Positions 18,104-25,345 of a stretch of 45,004 nt of DNA are shown one piece after another. Position 1 is the first letter of the stretch. Every line of letters starts with the position of its first letter. Under the pieces are notes generated by a model. It was not told the origin of the DNA and searched no databases. It saw nothing but the letters and a program-made list of their open reading frames with translations. The DNA lies in the IMG/VR virus record IMGVR_UViG_3300045988_058230, positions 1 through 45,004 of that record, one strand, 5' to 3'. The translations under genes were made by a program, and so were the position numbers. The DNA comes from a virus.

Positions 18104-18287
18104 AATCACACAAAGAATCGAAAGGATGGTATTTATGATGGCAATGCTGTGGGGACAGGAGATTATGTCTGCTGAGACTGTCGAGGAGGCAAAGGCACTG
18201 TATAAGCGCTGCCCGCGCCTGCTGAAGGAGAAGGTCAAGGCAATTCTTATCAAGAGCGGCTTTGAGGAGATCGTACAGGAGGAGTAA
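18096..18287 (+). CDS. Hypothetical small protein.
   Basis: 63-aa ORF. The RBS is weak and the start is uncertain. Confidence 0.4.
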   Translation: MHKITQRIERMVFMMAMLWGQEIMSAETVEEAKALYKRCPRLLKEKVKAILIKSGFEEIVQEE

Positions 18288-18290
18288 GCG

Positions 18291-19088
18291 ATGGAAAAAC
18301 TTTTGGAATTTCTGGCGTGGCTGGTGAAGGTGCTCTTCGGCGGGGACAGCGAAAGCCCTGCGCCGGAAACACCCAGAGAGACTCCCGTTGAGGAGGCCGT
18401 CACCGGCTGGGAGGGCGACCCGCCATACCGGTACATCGACGTGAGCCGCTATCAGGGCAAAATCACCCTCGATGGATGGCGCGAGATCAAAGCGGCTGGC
18501 TACAAAGGCGTCATGCTTAAGACGGTGAGCACCAACCGAAAGCTCTCCAAGCGGGCAGATGGCCTGTACATCGACCCCACTTTTGAGGACAATTACAAAA
18601 ACGCCAAAGCGGCAGGGCTGGACGTGGGCGTCTACTACTACACCTACGCCACCAGCGAGGCGATGGCCGACGCAGAGCTTGCCCTGCTGGCTGACGCCCT
18701 GCGTGGCAAGACGCTGGAAATGCCTGTGGCAGTGGACGTGGAGGACAACAAATTCAGGGTTCTTGGCAAGCAGGCGCTGACCGACCTGACAGCCTACGCC
18801 CTGAAAAAGGTGGAGGACATGGGCTTTTATGCCCAGCTCTATACATACACCAGCTTTGCTAAGACGCGCCTGTATATGGGCGGCGCTGCTCTCAGCCCCT
18901 ACGACGTTTGGCTGGCCGACTACACCGGCAAGACGCCTGCCGTAACCTTTGCCTACAACGCTCACCAGCACACCAGTAAGGGCAGCGTGCCTGGTATCTC
19001 CGGCAACGTAGATCTCAACGTCACTACCCTCAACTACCCCCGTATCATCTGCAAGAAGGGTCTGACCCGTCTTCGGGAGGGCAAATGA
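18291..19088 (+). CDS. Endolysin, GH25 muramidase-like.
   Basis: Contains YIDVSRYQGKI and a later DVEDN-type acidic motif. It also has an N-terminal semi-hydrophobic segment, MEKLLEFLAWLVKVLFGG. Confidence 0.8.
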   Translation: MEKLLEFLAWLVKVLFGGDSESPAPETPRETPVEEAVTGWEGDPPYRYIDVSRYQGKITLDGWREIKAAGYKGVMLKTVSTNRKLSKRADGLYIDPTFEDNYKNAKAAGLDVGVYYYTYATSEAMADAELALLADALRGKTLEMPVAVDVEDNKFRVLGKQALTDLTAYALKKVEDMGFYAQLYTYTSFAKTRLYMGGAALSPYDVWLADYTGKTPAVTFAYNAHQHTSKGSVPGISGNVDLNVTTLNYPRIICKKGLTRLREGK

Positions 19089-19474
19089 CCGAAAAAGAAG
19101 CTCTCCTGTGGGTGCTTGGCATCCTGGGCAGCCTGTGCGCTGCTGCCATCACCATCGACAAGGTGCTGGAAATTATCCACAAGTACGTCAAAAAGGTGCA
19201 GGAGCCGGACAACGCGCAGAACAAGCGCATTGACACCATTGAAAAGCGGCTGGCTGCGGTAGAAACCGTTTCCACGCAGCACGCCGCGGCCCTTAGACGC
19301 GATTTGACGCGATTCGACGGCCTCGATGAAGAAATGCGTATCGTACTCGTTGGCGTACAAAATCTTTTGGATTCGCAGCTGTCCGGCAACAATCGCGAAT
19401 GTATGCAAAAAAGCAAATCCGATATTAACAACTACCTGCTGAAAGGAGTAACGAATCATGGAAGCAATGCTTAA
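19085..19474 (+). CDS. Membrane-anchored coiled-coil protein (holin- or lysis-accessory-like).
   Basis: Has an N-terminal transmembrane segment, LLWVLGILGSLCAAAITI, and overlaps both the lysin stop and the next gene. Confidence 0.5.
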   Translation: MTEKEALLWVLGILGSLCAAAITIDKVLEIIHKYVKKVQEPDNAQNKRIDTIEKRLAAVETVSTQHAAALRRDLTRFDGLDEEMRIVLVGVQNLLDSQLSGNNRECMQKSKSDINNYLLKGVTNHGSNA

Positions 19475-19790
19475 CTTTATCCCCGCACCCGTCGCCCTGG
19501 TTCTGATGGCCCTGGGCTTTATCTCTCTGGCCGTAGGTGCCATCCGGCTGGGTTACAAGCAGTACGTTAAGCGCTGGGCGCTGGAGCTCGTGACCCTGGC
19601 AGAAAACAGCATTATGGGCAGCGGCCAGGGAGCCAAGAAAAAGGCCCAGGTCTTTGCCGCGCTGCGCGGCGCACTGCCGGACTGGCTGAAGCCTTTCATC
19701 ACCGATGAAGTGCTGGACAGCGTAATCGAAAAGGCCGTCAGCATGATGAAAAAGGCACTGGAAAGCAAGAAGCCTACCATCAACCAGTAA
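19458..19790 (+). CDS. Holin (LL-H-like).
   Basis: 110 aa with an N-terminal transmembrane segment (PAPVALVLMALGFISLAVGAI) followed by an amphipathic basic domain. Confidence 0.6.
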   Translation: MEAMLNFIPAPVALVLMALGFISLAVGAIRLGYKQYVKRWALELVTLAENSIMGSGQGAKKKAQVFAALRGALPDWLKPFITDEVLDSVIEKAVSMMKKALESKKPTINQ

Positions 19791-19801
19791 AGGAGTACTA
19801 T

Positions 19802-19969
19802 ATGCCTGTACCTATGTGCGGCGTTATCGCCGCTTCTGCAAACGCTATGAATCAAGCCCGCAAGCGTGAAAAGATGTGCAACCTGAAAGGCGACAACAAG
19901 GAGTATTGCGAATACTGTCTTCGCGGCAAAGCTGGTGAGTACATCGAAAAGCAGGCGGATAAGGAGTAA
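19802..19969 (+). CDS. Small Cys-containing basic protein (55 aa), absent from the ORF track.
   Basis: AAAGGAG lies 8 nt upstream of the ATG at 19802. Translation: MPVPMCGVIAASANAMNQARKREKMCNLKGDNKEYCEYCLRGKAGEYIEKQADKE. Confidence 0.45.
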   Translation: MPVPMCGVIAASANAMNQARKREKMCNLKGDNKEYCEYCLRGKAGEYIEKQADKE

Positions 19970-19972
19970 AGC

Positions 19973-21919
19973 ATGATCGAGCAAAGCGTATCTCTCGCAT
20001 CCAATGGCGTCGTCAAAGTGCCGGGCTATGAGCAGCTGGTGCGCTTTGGCTACACCAAGAACCGGGGCGTGTACCGCCTGCACGTCGATGCAACCGGCGA
20101 GTGGGAGGGCCTGACCATCCGGGCATTTTGGCATGTGCCTGGCGGAAAGGACCCGGCGTCCACGCTGGTGCAGAACGGCACCATGGACGTGCCCGCCAGC
20201 GTGACCGCCAAAATCGGCTCCGGCTGCGTGACCTTTGAGGGAACCGACGGCACCAAGACCGTCACCAGTGCAGACCTGCGGTATCGTGTCAGCGCCAACA
20301 GCGGCACAGAGGACGGCACAGAGCCGGAGCCTGGCACACCTGCCTGGCAGGAGCTGGTGGGGGCCGTGCACACCGATGCCACCGCCGCAGAGCAGGCAAA
20401 GACCGATGCACAGACGGCAGCCAGCGAAGCGGCCACCAGTGCGGGCAATGCGAATCAGAGCGCTCAGGAAGCCGCTGGCAGCCTGCATGAGCTGAAGAAC
20501 GGCATCGCAAGCGGTGACTTTAAGGGCGAGAAAGGTGACAAGGGCGACACTGGTCCCATCGGCCCGGTCGGCCCGCAGGGTGCGCAAGGCCCTCAAGGCC
20601 CCACAGGCGCTGCCGGAGCCACTGGTCCGCAGGGCGAGACTGGCCCTCGTGGCGAGCAGGGGCCGCAGGGCATTCAGGGTGAGCAGGGTCCACAAGGTGA
20701 ACAAGGCCCAGCAGGACCAGAGGGACCCCAGGGGCCTAAAGGCGACCCCGGACCGGCAGGTGCAGACGGCAAAGATGGCACACAAATTGATGATACCGCC
20801 GTGACCGACTCTGCCCCGTGGAGCAGCAAGCACCTTGTGGACATGCTCTGCCCGCCGCTGGACGAGACCGGGAACCCTGTTGTGTGCTATCCGGTGGCGG
20901 GATATCCGCTGGGATGTAAGGTGAGCTGGGAGCCGACGCAGGAAGGGAGCGGGGAGCCTAGCCCGGACAACATCCGGCCAATTTCCGGGCGGGATAGCGT
21001 GACGGTCGAGCGGTGCGGGGAGAACTTATTAGATGTTGCACAATGCAGAGCCGCAATACCCAGTGCAGCGTATGGCCTTACTGTAACTGTCGATGATACT
21101 GGACTTATAAGGGTATTTGGTACACCAAAAGTGAATAAGGACACCCCACGGGCTACCTTCAGAGTTTTATCTACAGACCAAGTGACACTGGCCAAATTGA
21201 CCAAAGGGTATAATGCAAAATTGTTTGTCTTGAAAGGTGTTGCAAATAACATAACTCGCATTCAAAGTGATAAGTCAATTGTATTACAGTCCCCACTATC
21301 ACCAAATACACCTGTAGATATACAGTTCAGATTTATGTACTATACAGGCAACACCGCCCCCACCATTTACACCCCTTACACCGGCCAAACCGCAACCCTG
21401 ACCCTGCCCCACACCATCTACGGCGGCACGGTGGACGCAGTGACGGGTGGGGGGAATGAGAGGTGGAAGCTGCTGACGCTGGACGGGACGGAATCGTGGA
21501 ATGCCGTTGGATCAGGTGATACTCTTTATTTTCAGAGCACTTCGATTTCCATTGGAACAAGAGTGCTGTCCAGGGACGATTATTGCACAACGTTCCCTAT
21601 TGCATCGGTTTCAAGTTCAAATACGGTACAAGGAGTAAGCGGGTGGAAAACATCCCTATATCTGCGTTGGTCTACATTTGCAGACGTTGCCGCTTTGAAA
21701 TCCTACCTCGCCGCCCAGTACGCCGCCGGAACCCCTGTGCAAGTCTGCTACAAGCTGACAGAGCCTGTACCGGTTACCGCCACAGGTGGCGTACCCATCA
21801 AGGCACTGAGCGGCGTTAACACCGTCTTGACCGATGCAGATAACGTGACTGTGACCGGCAGGGCTGACCCCATCAAACGCATTACTGATTTGGAAGCAGC
21901 GGTTGCTTCTATCAACTGA
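19973..21919 (+). CDS. Collagen-like repeat fibre protein.
   Basis: 648 aa with 28 uninterrupted G-X-Y triplets ([19 protein letters not shown]...GADGKDG), and a large C-terminal domain with AT-rich patches. Confidence 0.85.
   Translation: MIEQSVSLASNGVVKVPGYEQLVRFGYTKNRGVYRLHVDATGEWEGLTIRAFWHVPGGKDPASTLVQNGTMDVPASVTAKIGSGCVTFEGTDGTKTVTSADLRYRVSANSGTEDGTEPEPGTPAWQELVGAVHTDATAAEQAKTDAQTAASEAATSAGNANQSAQEAAGSLHELKNGIASGDFKGEKGDKGDTGPIGPVGPQGAQGPQGPTGAAGATGPQGETGPRGEQGPQGIQGEQGPQGEQGPAGPEGPQGPKGDPGPAGADGKDGTQIDDTAVTDSAPWSSKHLVDMLCPPLDETGNPVVCYPVAGYPLGCKVSWEPTQEGSGEPSPDNIRPISGRDSVTVERCGENLLDVAQCRAAIPSAAYGLTVTVDDTGLIRVFGTPKVNKDTPRATFRVLSTDQVTLAKLTKGYNAKLFVLKGVANNITRIQSDKSIVLQSPLSPNTPVDIQFRFMYYTGNTAPTIYTPYTGQTATLTLPHTIYGGTVDAVTGGGNERWKLLTLDGTESWNAVGSGDTLYFQSTSISIGTRVLSRDDYCTTFPIASVSSSNTVQGVSGWKTSLYLRWSTFADVAALKSYLAAQYAAGTPVQVCYKLTEPVPVTATGGVPIKALSGVNTVLTDADNVTVTGRADPIKRITDLEAAVASIN
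20525..20779 (+). repeat. Collagen triple-helix coding repeat (G-X-Y, 28 triplets).
   Basis: Read from the translation of 19973..21919. Confidence 0.9.
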
Positions 21920-21932
21920 AAGGAGTAATAAA

Positions 21933-22157
21933 ATGGCTATCAAGAGTAAAGCACGGCACGATTTAACGCTGCGCAGTATCAAGCGGGAAATTGCAGCAGG
22001 ACGCGATGTTGCGTTCTGGCTGGATAAAGCATACATGCACTACGACAACGGACTGCTGACCGCAGATGACATCGCAGAGGTTGAGGCTCTGGCGCAGGCG
22101 TACTACGACGCGCTGGACGCAGAAGACAAGGCGGACGCTGAGGAAATCACGCAGTAA
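21933..22157 (+). CDS. Hypothetical acidic small protein.
   Basis: ATG at 21933 behind AAGGAG; 74 aa. Confidence 0.55.
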   Translation: MAIKSKARHDLTLRSIKREIAAGRDVAFWLDKAYMHYDNGLLTADDIAEVEALAQAYYDALDAEDKADAEEITQ

Positions 22158-22167
22158 GGAGGATATC

Positions 22168-22407
22168 ATGGCAAGCACTACATACGAGCATTTTGTTGAC
22201 ACCAACAAAATGTACGCCGCACAAGAGCAATTTCGGCACGTCACGAAAATGGTCTGCGCACGTTTTCGTGACCTCACGAAAACATACCATCTCGGCAACG
22301 TCACCGTAATGGTTCGCAACGCTGGACAGCTGCCGCAGCCCTTCTGGCTCGGTGCTGCTTGTGGCGGCGGCTCGCGTAGTCTTTCCGCCAGCGTTGCAAG
22401 GGCTTAA
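22168..22407 (+). CDS. Hypothetical protein, possibly the 5' part of a frame-disrupted gene.
   Basis: ATG at 22168 behind AAGGAGG. The last ~25 codons look low-complexity, and it overlaps the next ORF by 56 nt in another frame. Confidence 0.4.
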   Translation: MASTTYEHFVDTNKMYAAQEQFRHVTKMVCARFRDLTKTYHLGNVTVMVRNAGQLPQPFWLGAACGGGSRSLSASVARA

Positions 22408-22585
22408 TGCAGAACAGATAAAAGCTGTGATAAAACGTGCGCCGCTTGGGAGGTATGACCGGAAAATCGCCCGGTTGCGGTACGTTGACCAGCTATGCCA
22501 AGCTGATATTGCAGCGCGTGTGCCGTATTGTCGGACATCAATCGGCAATAGGCTGAAAATTATTGACAAAATACTGAATGTGTGA
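22352..22585 (+). CDS. Sigma-70 region-4-like HTH protein.
   Basis: IARLRYVDQLCQADIAARVPYCRTSIGNRLKIIDKIL resembles region 4 of sigma/ArpU/RinA-type regulators. The start is GTG at 22352. Confidence 0.5.
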   Translation: MLLVAAARVVFPPALQGLNAEQIKAVIKRAPLGRYDRKIARLRYVDQLCQADIAARVPYCRTSIGNRLKIIDKILNV

Positions 22586-22631
22586 TACCAATTATTTCTA
22601 ATTGGGCGCGTTTTCTTGTGAAGCGCGTTGA

Positions 22632-22666
22632 AGCGGCAGGCTTTCGGGTCTGCCGCTTTTCTTTTT
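22632..22666 (+). terminator. Rho-independent terminator.
   Basis: Stem GCGGCAG/CTGCCGC, loop GCTTTCGGGT, then TTTTCTTTTT. Confidence 0.7.
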
Positions 22667-22711
22667 GCACGGTTCCGCTCTTGATTTTATACTTTGCCGT
22701 TTTGGCAGCAC

Positions 22712-22750
22712 AAAACCCCCGGTGTTCCGTTTGGAGCATCGGGGTTTTTT
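22712..22750. terminator. Bidirectional terminator between convergent genes.
   Basis: AAAACCCCCGGTG...CATCGGGGTTTTTT: a stem flanked by an A run and a T run. Confidence 0.65.
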
Positions 22751-23450
22751 ACTTTTTCTTCAATTCCTCAAGCCTTCTGGAGAGTTCTTCTTCCCATCCT
22801 TCATGTTCTTTGAGGTACGGGGCGTAAATTATGCTCTCGGCTTCCTTTCGGGCTGCAGTGGCTTCTTCGATCGTGTCATAGCTGCCGAGATGATATTGCT
22901 TGCGTTGGAAATTGATATATGCACGCCATCGGCCGTGGCAGTCTTTACACACACCATTTGCGCCAGAAGTGGAATTTTTATTGATATGGCCTCCGACCCT
23001 TGTGCGAATCGACATGAGGGAAGAGCCGTCCGCGTAAGCGGTGCTGTGAATTGTCTCAGCTTTCTTTCCGATATCCCTGTTGCAATCTGCGCAATGCTGG
23101 ATCAGAGGGAGCCTTGTAAGTTTTACAGTAGTTTCCTTCCCGCACTTCGGGCAAATGGAACGGCACAGAAAGCAGCCTGACCTCTTTTCAGGTAAAACTT
23201 CCAATACTTTCCATCCGTTAATGCTCTGCCCCTCTTTTTTCTTTGCCTTTCGGAAAGCGTTCTCCGTCATGGATGGCTTTTGCCCTCGATTCGCGCAAGA
23301 CAGACAGCTGCGGCTTTTGCCAAGACGCAGGGAGCTGTCATACACGTCTTTTACCACTCCGCACTCACACTGGCATGTGTAGTAATGCGGCTTTTCAGAC
23401 GGCGCAAGTACCGTCCACTTTCCAAAATGCTTTCCAGTCAAATCTGCCAT
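22749..23450 (-). CDS. Zinc-ribbon plus AP2-domain DNA-binding protein (HNH/AP2 homing-endonuclease-like family).
   Basis: The N-terminus reads GKHFGKWTVL..YTCQCECG..SCLSC, there are several CxxC pairs, and the C-terminal AP2-like stretch reads GVCKDCHGRWRAYINFQRKQYHLGSYDTIEEATAARKEAE. Confidence 0.7.
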   Translation of the reverse strand: MADLTGKHFGKWTVLAPSEKPHYYTCQCECGVVKDVYDSSLRLGKSRSCLSCANRGQKPSMTENAFRKAKKKEGQSINGWKVLEVLPEKRSGCFLCRSICPKCGKETTVKLTRLPLIQHCADCNRDIGKKAETIHSTAYADGSSLMSIRTRVGGHINKNSTSGANGVCKDCHGRWRAYINFQRKQYHLGSYDTIEEATAARKEAESIIYAPYLKEHEGWEEELSRRLEELKKK

Positions 23451-23460
23451 AACATTTTCC

Positions 23461-23784
23461 TCAGATCAGCCCATAGTGCTCGGCCAGCAGGAAACGGACG
23501 TATTCCGGGCAGTCGCGCTCGCCCAAACACCACCCCTGCACCGTGCGGCGCGGGATTCCTGCCTGCTTTGCAAATGCGGTCTGCGACAGACCGGTACGGT
23601 CTACCAACTCCCGCATGGACAGGTGAGCAACGTCCCAGATGGTGGACAGCCTTTCTTTCTCGGCGTCCAGATCAACGCAACCAGAGGCAGCGTCCTCCAC
23701 GCTGAGGGTGACGCTGTTCAAAAAGATTTCTTTAACGGCCTTTGGGTCAGATGCCATGACGAAAAGTTCAGCTGCATTATACAT
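23461..23784 (-). CDS. HTH (XRE/Cro-like) DNA-binding protein.
   Basis: The C-terminal half reads MRELVDRTGLSQTAFAKQAGIPRRTVQGWCLGERDCPEYVRFLL. Confidence 0.65.
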   Translation of the reverse strand: MYNAAELFVMASDPKAVKEIFLNSVTLSVEDAASGCVDLDAEKERLSTIWDVAHLSMRELVDRTGLSQTAFAKQAGIPRRTVQGWCLGERDCPEYVRFLLAEHYGLI

Positions 23785-23852
23785 TGCAATTCTCCTTTTT
23801 TGATTGATAAAATCCCCGGGTGGTGTTCGCGCATCACTCGGGGCTTTTTTAT

Positions 23853-24026
23853 TTACTGCTCGTTCTCTTCAAACATTTTGAAATATTTCTCGTACTCTTC
23901 CCACTCTTCGGGGTCTGCCGGGTCATCACAAGCCGGGCTGCAATACTCTGCAATCCACTCTTCCTTGTCAGTGCTTCTCCAACCGCCATCGAACATTGCA
24001 GCTGCACTGCTGTAATAATCTTTCAT
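23853..24026 (-). CDS. Small highly acidic protein (57 aa), absent from the ORF track.
   Basis: GGAGGT lies 9 nt upstream of the ATG. Translation: MKDYYSSAAAMFDGGWRSTDKEEWIAEYCSPACDDPADPEEWEEYEKYFKMFEENEQ. A hairpin and A/T runs follow at about 23811..23850. Confidence 0.55.
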   Translation of the reverse strand: MKDYYSSAAAMFDGGWRSTDKEEWIAEYCSPACDDPADPEEWEEYEKYFKMFEENEQ

Positions 24027-24072
24027 TTTTTAGTTACCTCCAGTTGATTGTGTGGTGTCTTTCACTGTCTTT

Positions 24073-24101
24073 AGTATACGCTCATTGAGCGTATTTGTCA
24101 A
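24073..24101 (-). promoter_or_regulatory. Near-consensus promoter (TTGACA-17 nt-TATACT) on the minus strand, with a palindromic operator in its spacer.
   Basis: The reverse complement of 24073..24101 is TTGACA-AATACGCTCAATGAGCG-TATACT. Confidence 0.65.
24076..24094. promoter_or_regulatory. Perfect 19-bp palindromic operator O1 (ATACGCTCA-T-TGAGCGTAT).
   Basis: Read directly. It lies in the promoter spacer. Confidence 0.7.
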
Positions 24102-24119
24102 GGCTTTTTGCAAAATTTT

Positions 24120-24134
24120 GTGCTCATTGAGCGC
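24120..24134. promoter_or_regulatory. Second, imperfect copy of the operator, O2 (GTGCTCATTGAGCGC).
   Basis: It shares the GCTCATTGAGCG core with O1, with centres 42 bp apart. Confidence 0.55.
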
Positions 24135-24241
24135 ATTTTTTTGCTTTGACAACTGGTGTGTTTTTTGCCCTTCGTTGTACCTTCGTTGTCTCTCCCGGAG
24201 GTTTAAAGAAGTACACTGGGCACAAAGGGAGGAGGTGCCAT

Positions 24242-24634
24242 GTGTGGCACAGGTTTAACCCGAACCCGCGTGGGAGCAGCGTCGGGGACTGCGTAGTGCG
24301 GGCGGTAGCTGCGGCCACCGGTCAGAGCTGGGAGCGGGCGTATATTGCGCTGGCGCTCACCGGCTACGCCCTCGGCGATATGCCCAGCGCCAACCGCACA
24401 TGGGGCGCGTACCTCCAAAAACGCGGGTTCAAGCGCTGTTTGGTGGAAGCAGACTGCACCACCTGTTACACCGTGGCAGATTTTGCCCGGGAGTACCCGC
24501 GCGGCGTGTATGTACTGGGCTGCTCCGGCCACGTCTTGACCGTGATCGACGGCGTGTGGTGGGACAGCTGGGACAGCGGCGCGGAATGCCCAATCTACTA
24601 CTGGTACAAGGAGAAAAACGATGCCGATTTATAA
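24242..24634 (+). CDS. Hypothetical protein with a papain-like Cys/His signature (putative cysteine peptidase/amidase).
   Basis: GTG at 24242 behind GGGAGGAGG. Motifs NPNPRGSSVGDCVVRAVAAATGQSW and CSGHVLTVIDG. 130 aa. Confidence 0.5.
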   Translation: MWHRFNPNPRGSSVGDCVVRAVAAATGQSWERAYIALALTGYALGDMPSANRTWGAYLQKRGFKRCLVEADCTTCYTVADFAREYPRGVYVLGCSGHVLTVIDGVWWDSWDSGAECPIYYWYKEKNDADL

Positions 24635-25064
24635 CGGATACCCGCAAGTGTATTACCCACAACAGCCGCAGGGGCAGCTTGAACAGCTCAGGGCAGCACA
24701 ATACCAGCCCCAGCCCGTCATGATGCCGACAATGCAGGGGCAGGCCGCACCGACTGACAGCGGCTTTATCTGGGTACAGGGCGAAGCAGCGGCCCGGGGC
24801 TATCTGGTCGCCAACGGGAGCCGGGTGCTTTTACTGGATGCTGATTCCGATACCTTTTATATCAAAGAGGTTGGGCAGGACGGCAGACCGTTCCCGCTCC
24901 GCATCTACGATTACAAGGAACGCACCAGCGGCCCCAAAGCGTCGATTGCAGCCACGCCAGCCGCAAGCGGGGAGTATGTCACCCGCAAGGAGTTCAACGC
25001 GCTGGCGGCAAAGCTGGCGGCGTTGGAAAAGCAAGAAGCACCTGAGCCGGAAAAGGAGGACTAA
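24621..25064 (+). CDS. Hypothetical protein with a Q/P-rich N-terminus and a beta-rich core.
   Basis: 147 aa. It begins MPIYNGYPQVYYPQQPQGQLEQLRAAQYQPQP and contains GFIWVQGEAAARGYLV..FYIKEVGQDGRPFPLRIYDY. Confidence 0.6.
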   Translation: MPIYNGYPQVYYPQQPQGQLEQLRAAQYQPQPVMMPTMQGQAAPTDSGFIWVQGEAAARGYLVANGSRVLLLDADSDTFYIKEVGQDGRPFPLRIYDYKERTSGPKASIAATPAASGEYVTRKEFNALAAKLAALEKQEAPEPEKED

Positions 25065-25067
25065 ACG

Positions 25068-25292
25068 ATGGGTAGCAGCTTGTTTGATTCGATGGGCCGA
25101 CAGGCCCAAAACCCCATTGGTGGGCAGTTTCAGCGGTTTATGGGCCAGATGCAGGGCAAGAACCCGCAGGAGATGATAAACCAGATGCTCACCTCCGGCC
25201 AGCTCTCACAGCAGCAGCTCAACGCCATTCAGCAGCGGGCACAGCAGATCGCTCCGATGCTCAACGGCATGAAAAATATGTTTGGATTCTGA
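25068..25292 (+). CDS. Hypothetical Q/M/N-rich small protein.
   Basis: 74 aa, MGSSLFDSMGRQAQNPIGGQFQRFMGQMQGKNPQEMINQML... Confidence 0.55.
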   Translation: MGSSLFDSMGRQAQNPIGGQFQRFMGQMQGKNPQEMINQMLTSGQLSQQQLNAIQQRAQQIAPMLNGMKNMFGF

Positions 25293-25345
25293 AATGCGGC
25301 CGCATTTAGAATAAATTCAAAAATCTAACGTAAAGGAGTAAAACT

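Noticed and set aside
17280-18971. 563-aa minus-strand ORF.
   Set aside because: It is antisense to five well-supported plus-strand genes, each with an RBS. Its composition is biased towards Arg/Cys/His/Pro.
19553-20833. 426-aa minus-strand ORF.
   Set aside because: It is antisense to the collagen-like gene. Its composition is R/A/C/G-rich junk typical of GC-rich antisense frames, and it has no RBS.
19973-21919. Diversity-generating retroelement targeting the fibre gene.
   Set aside because: No reverse transcriptase ORF and no template/variable repeat pair was seen anywhere in the window.
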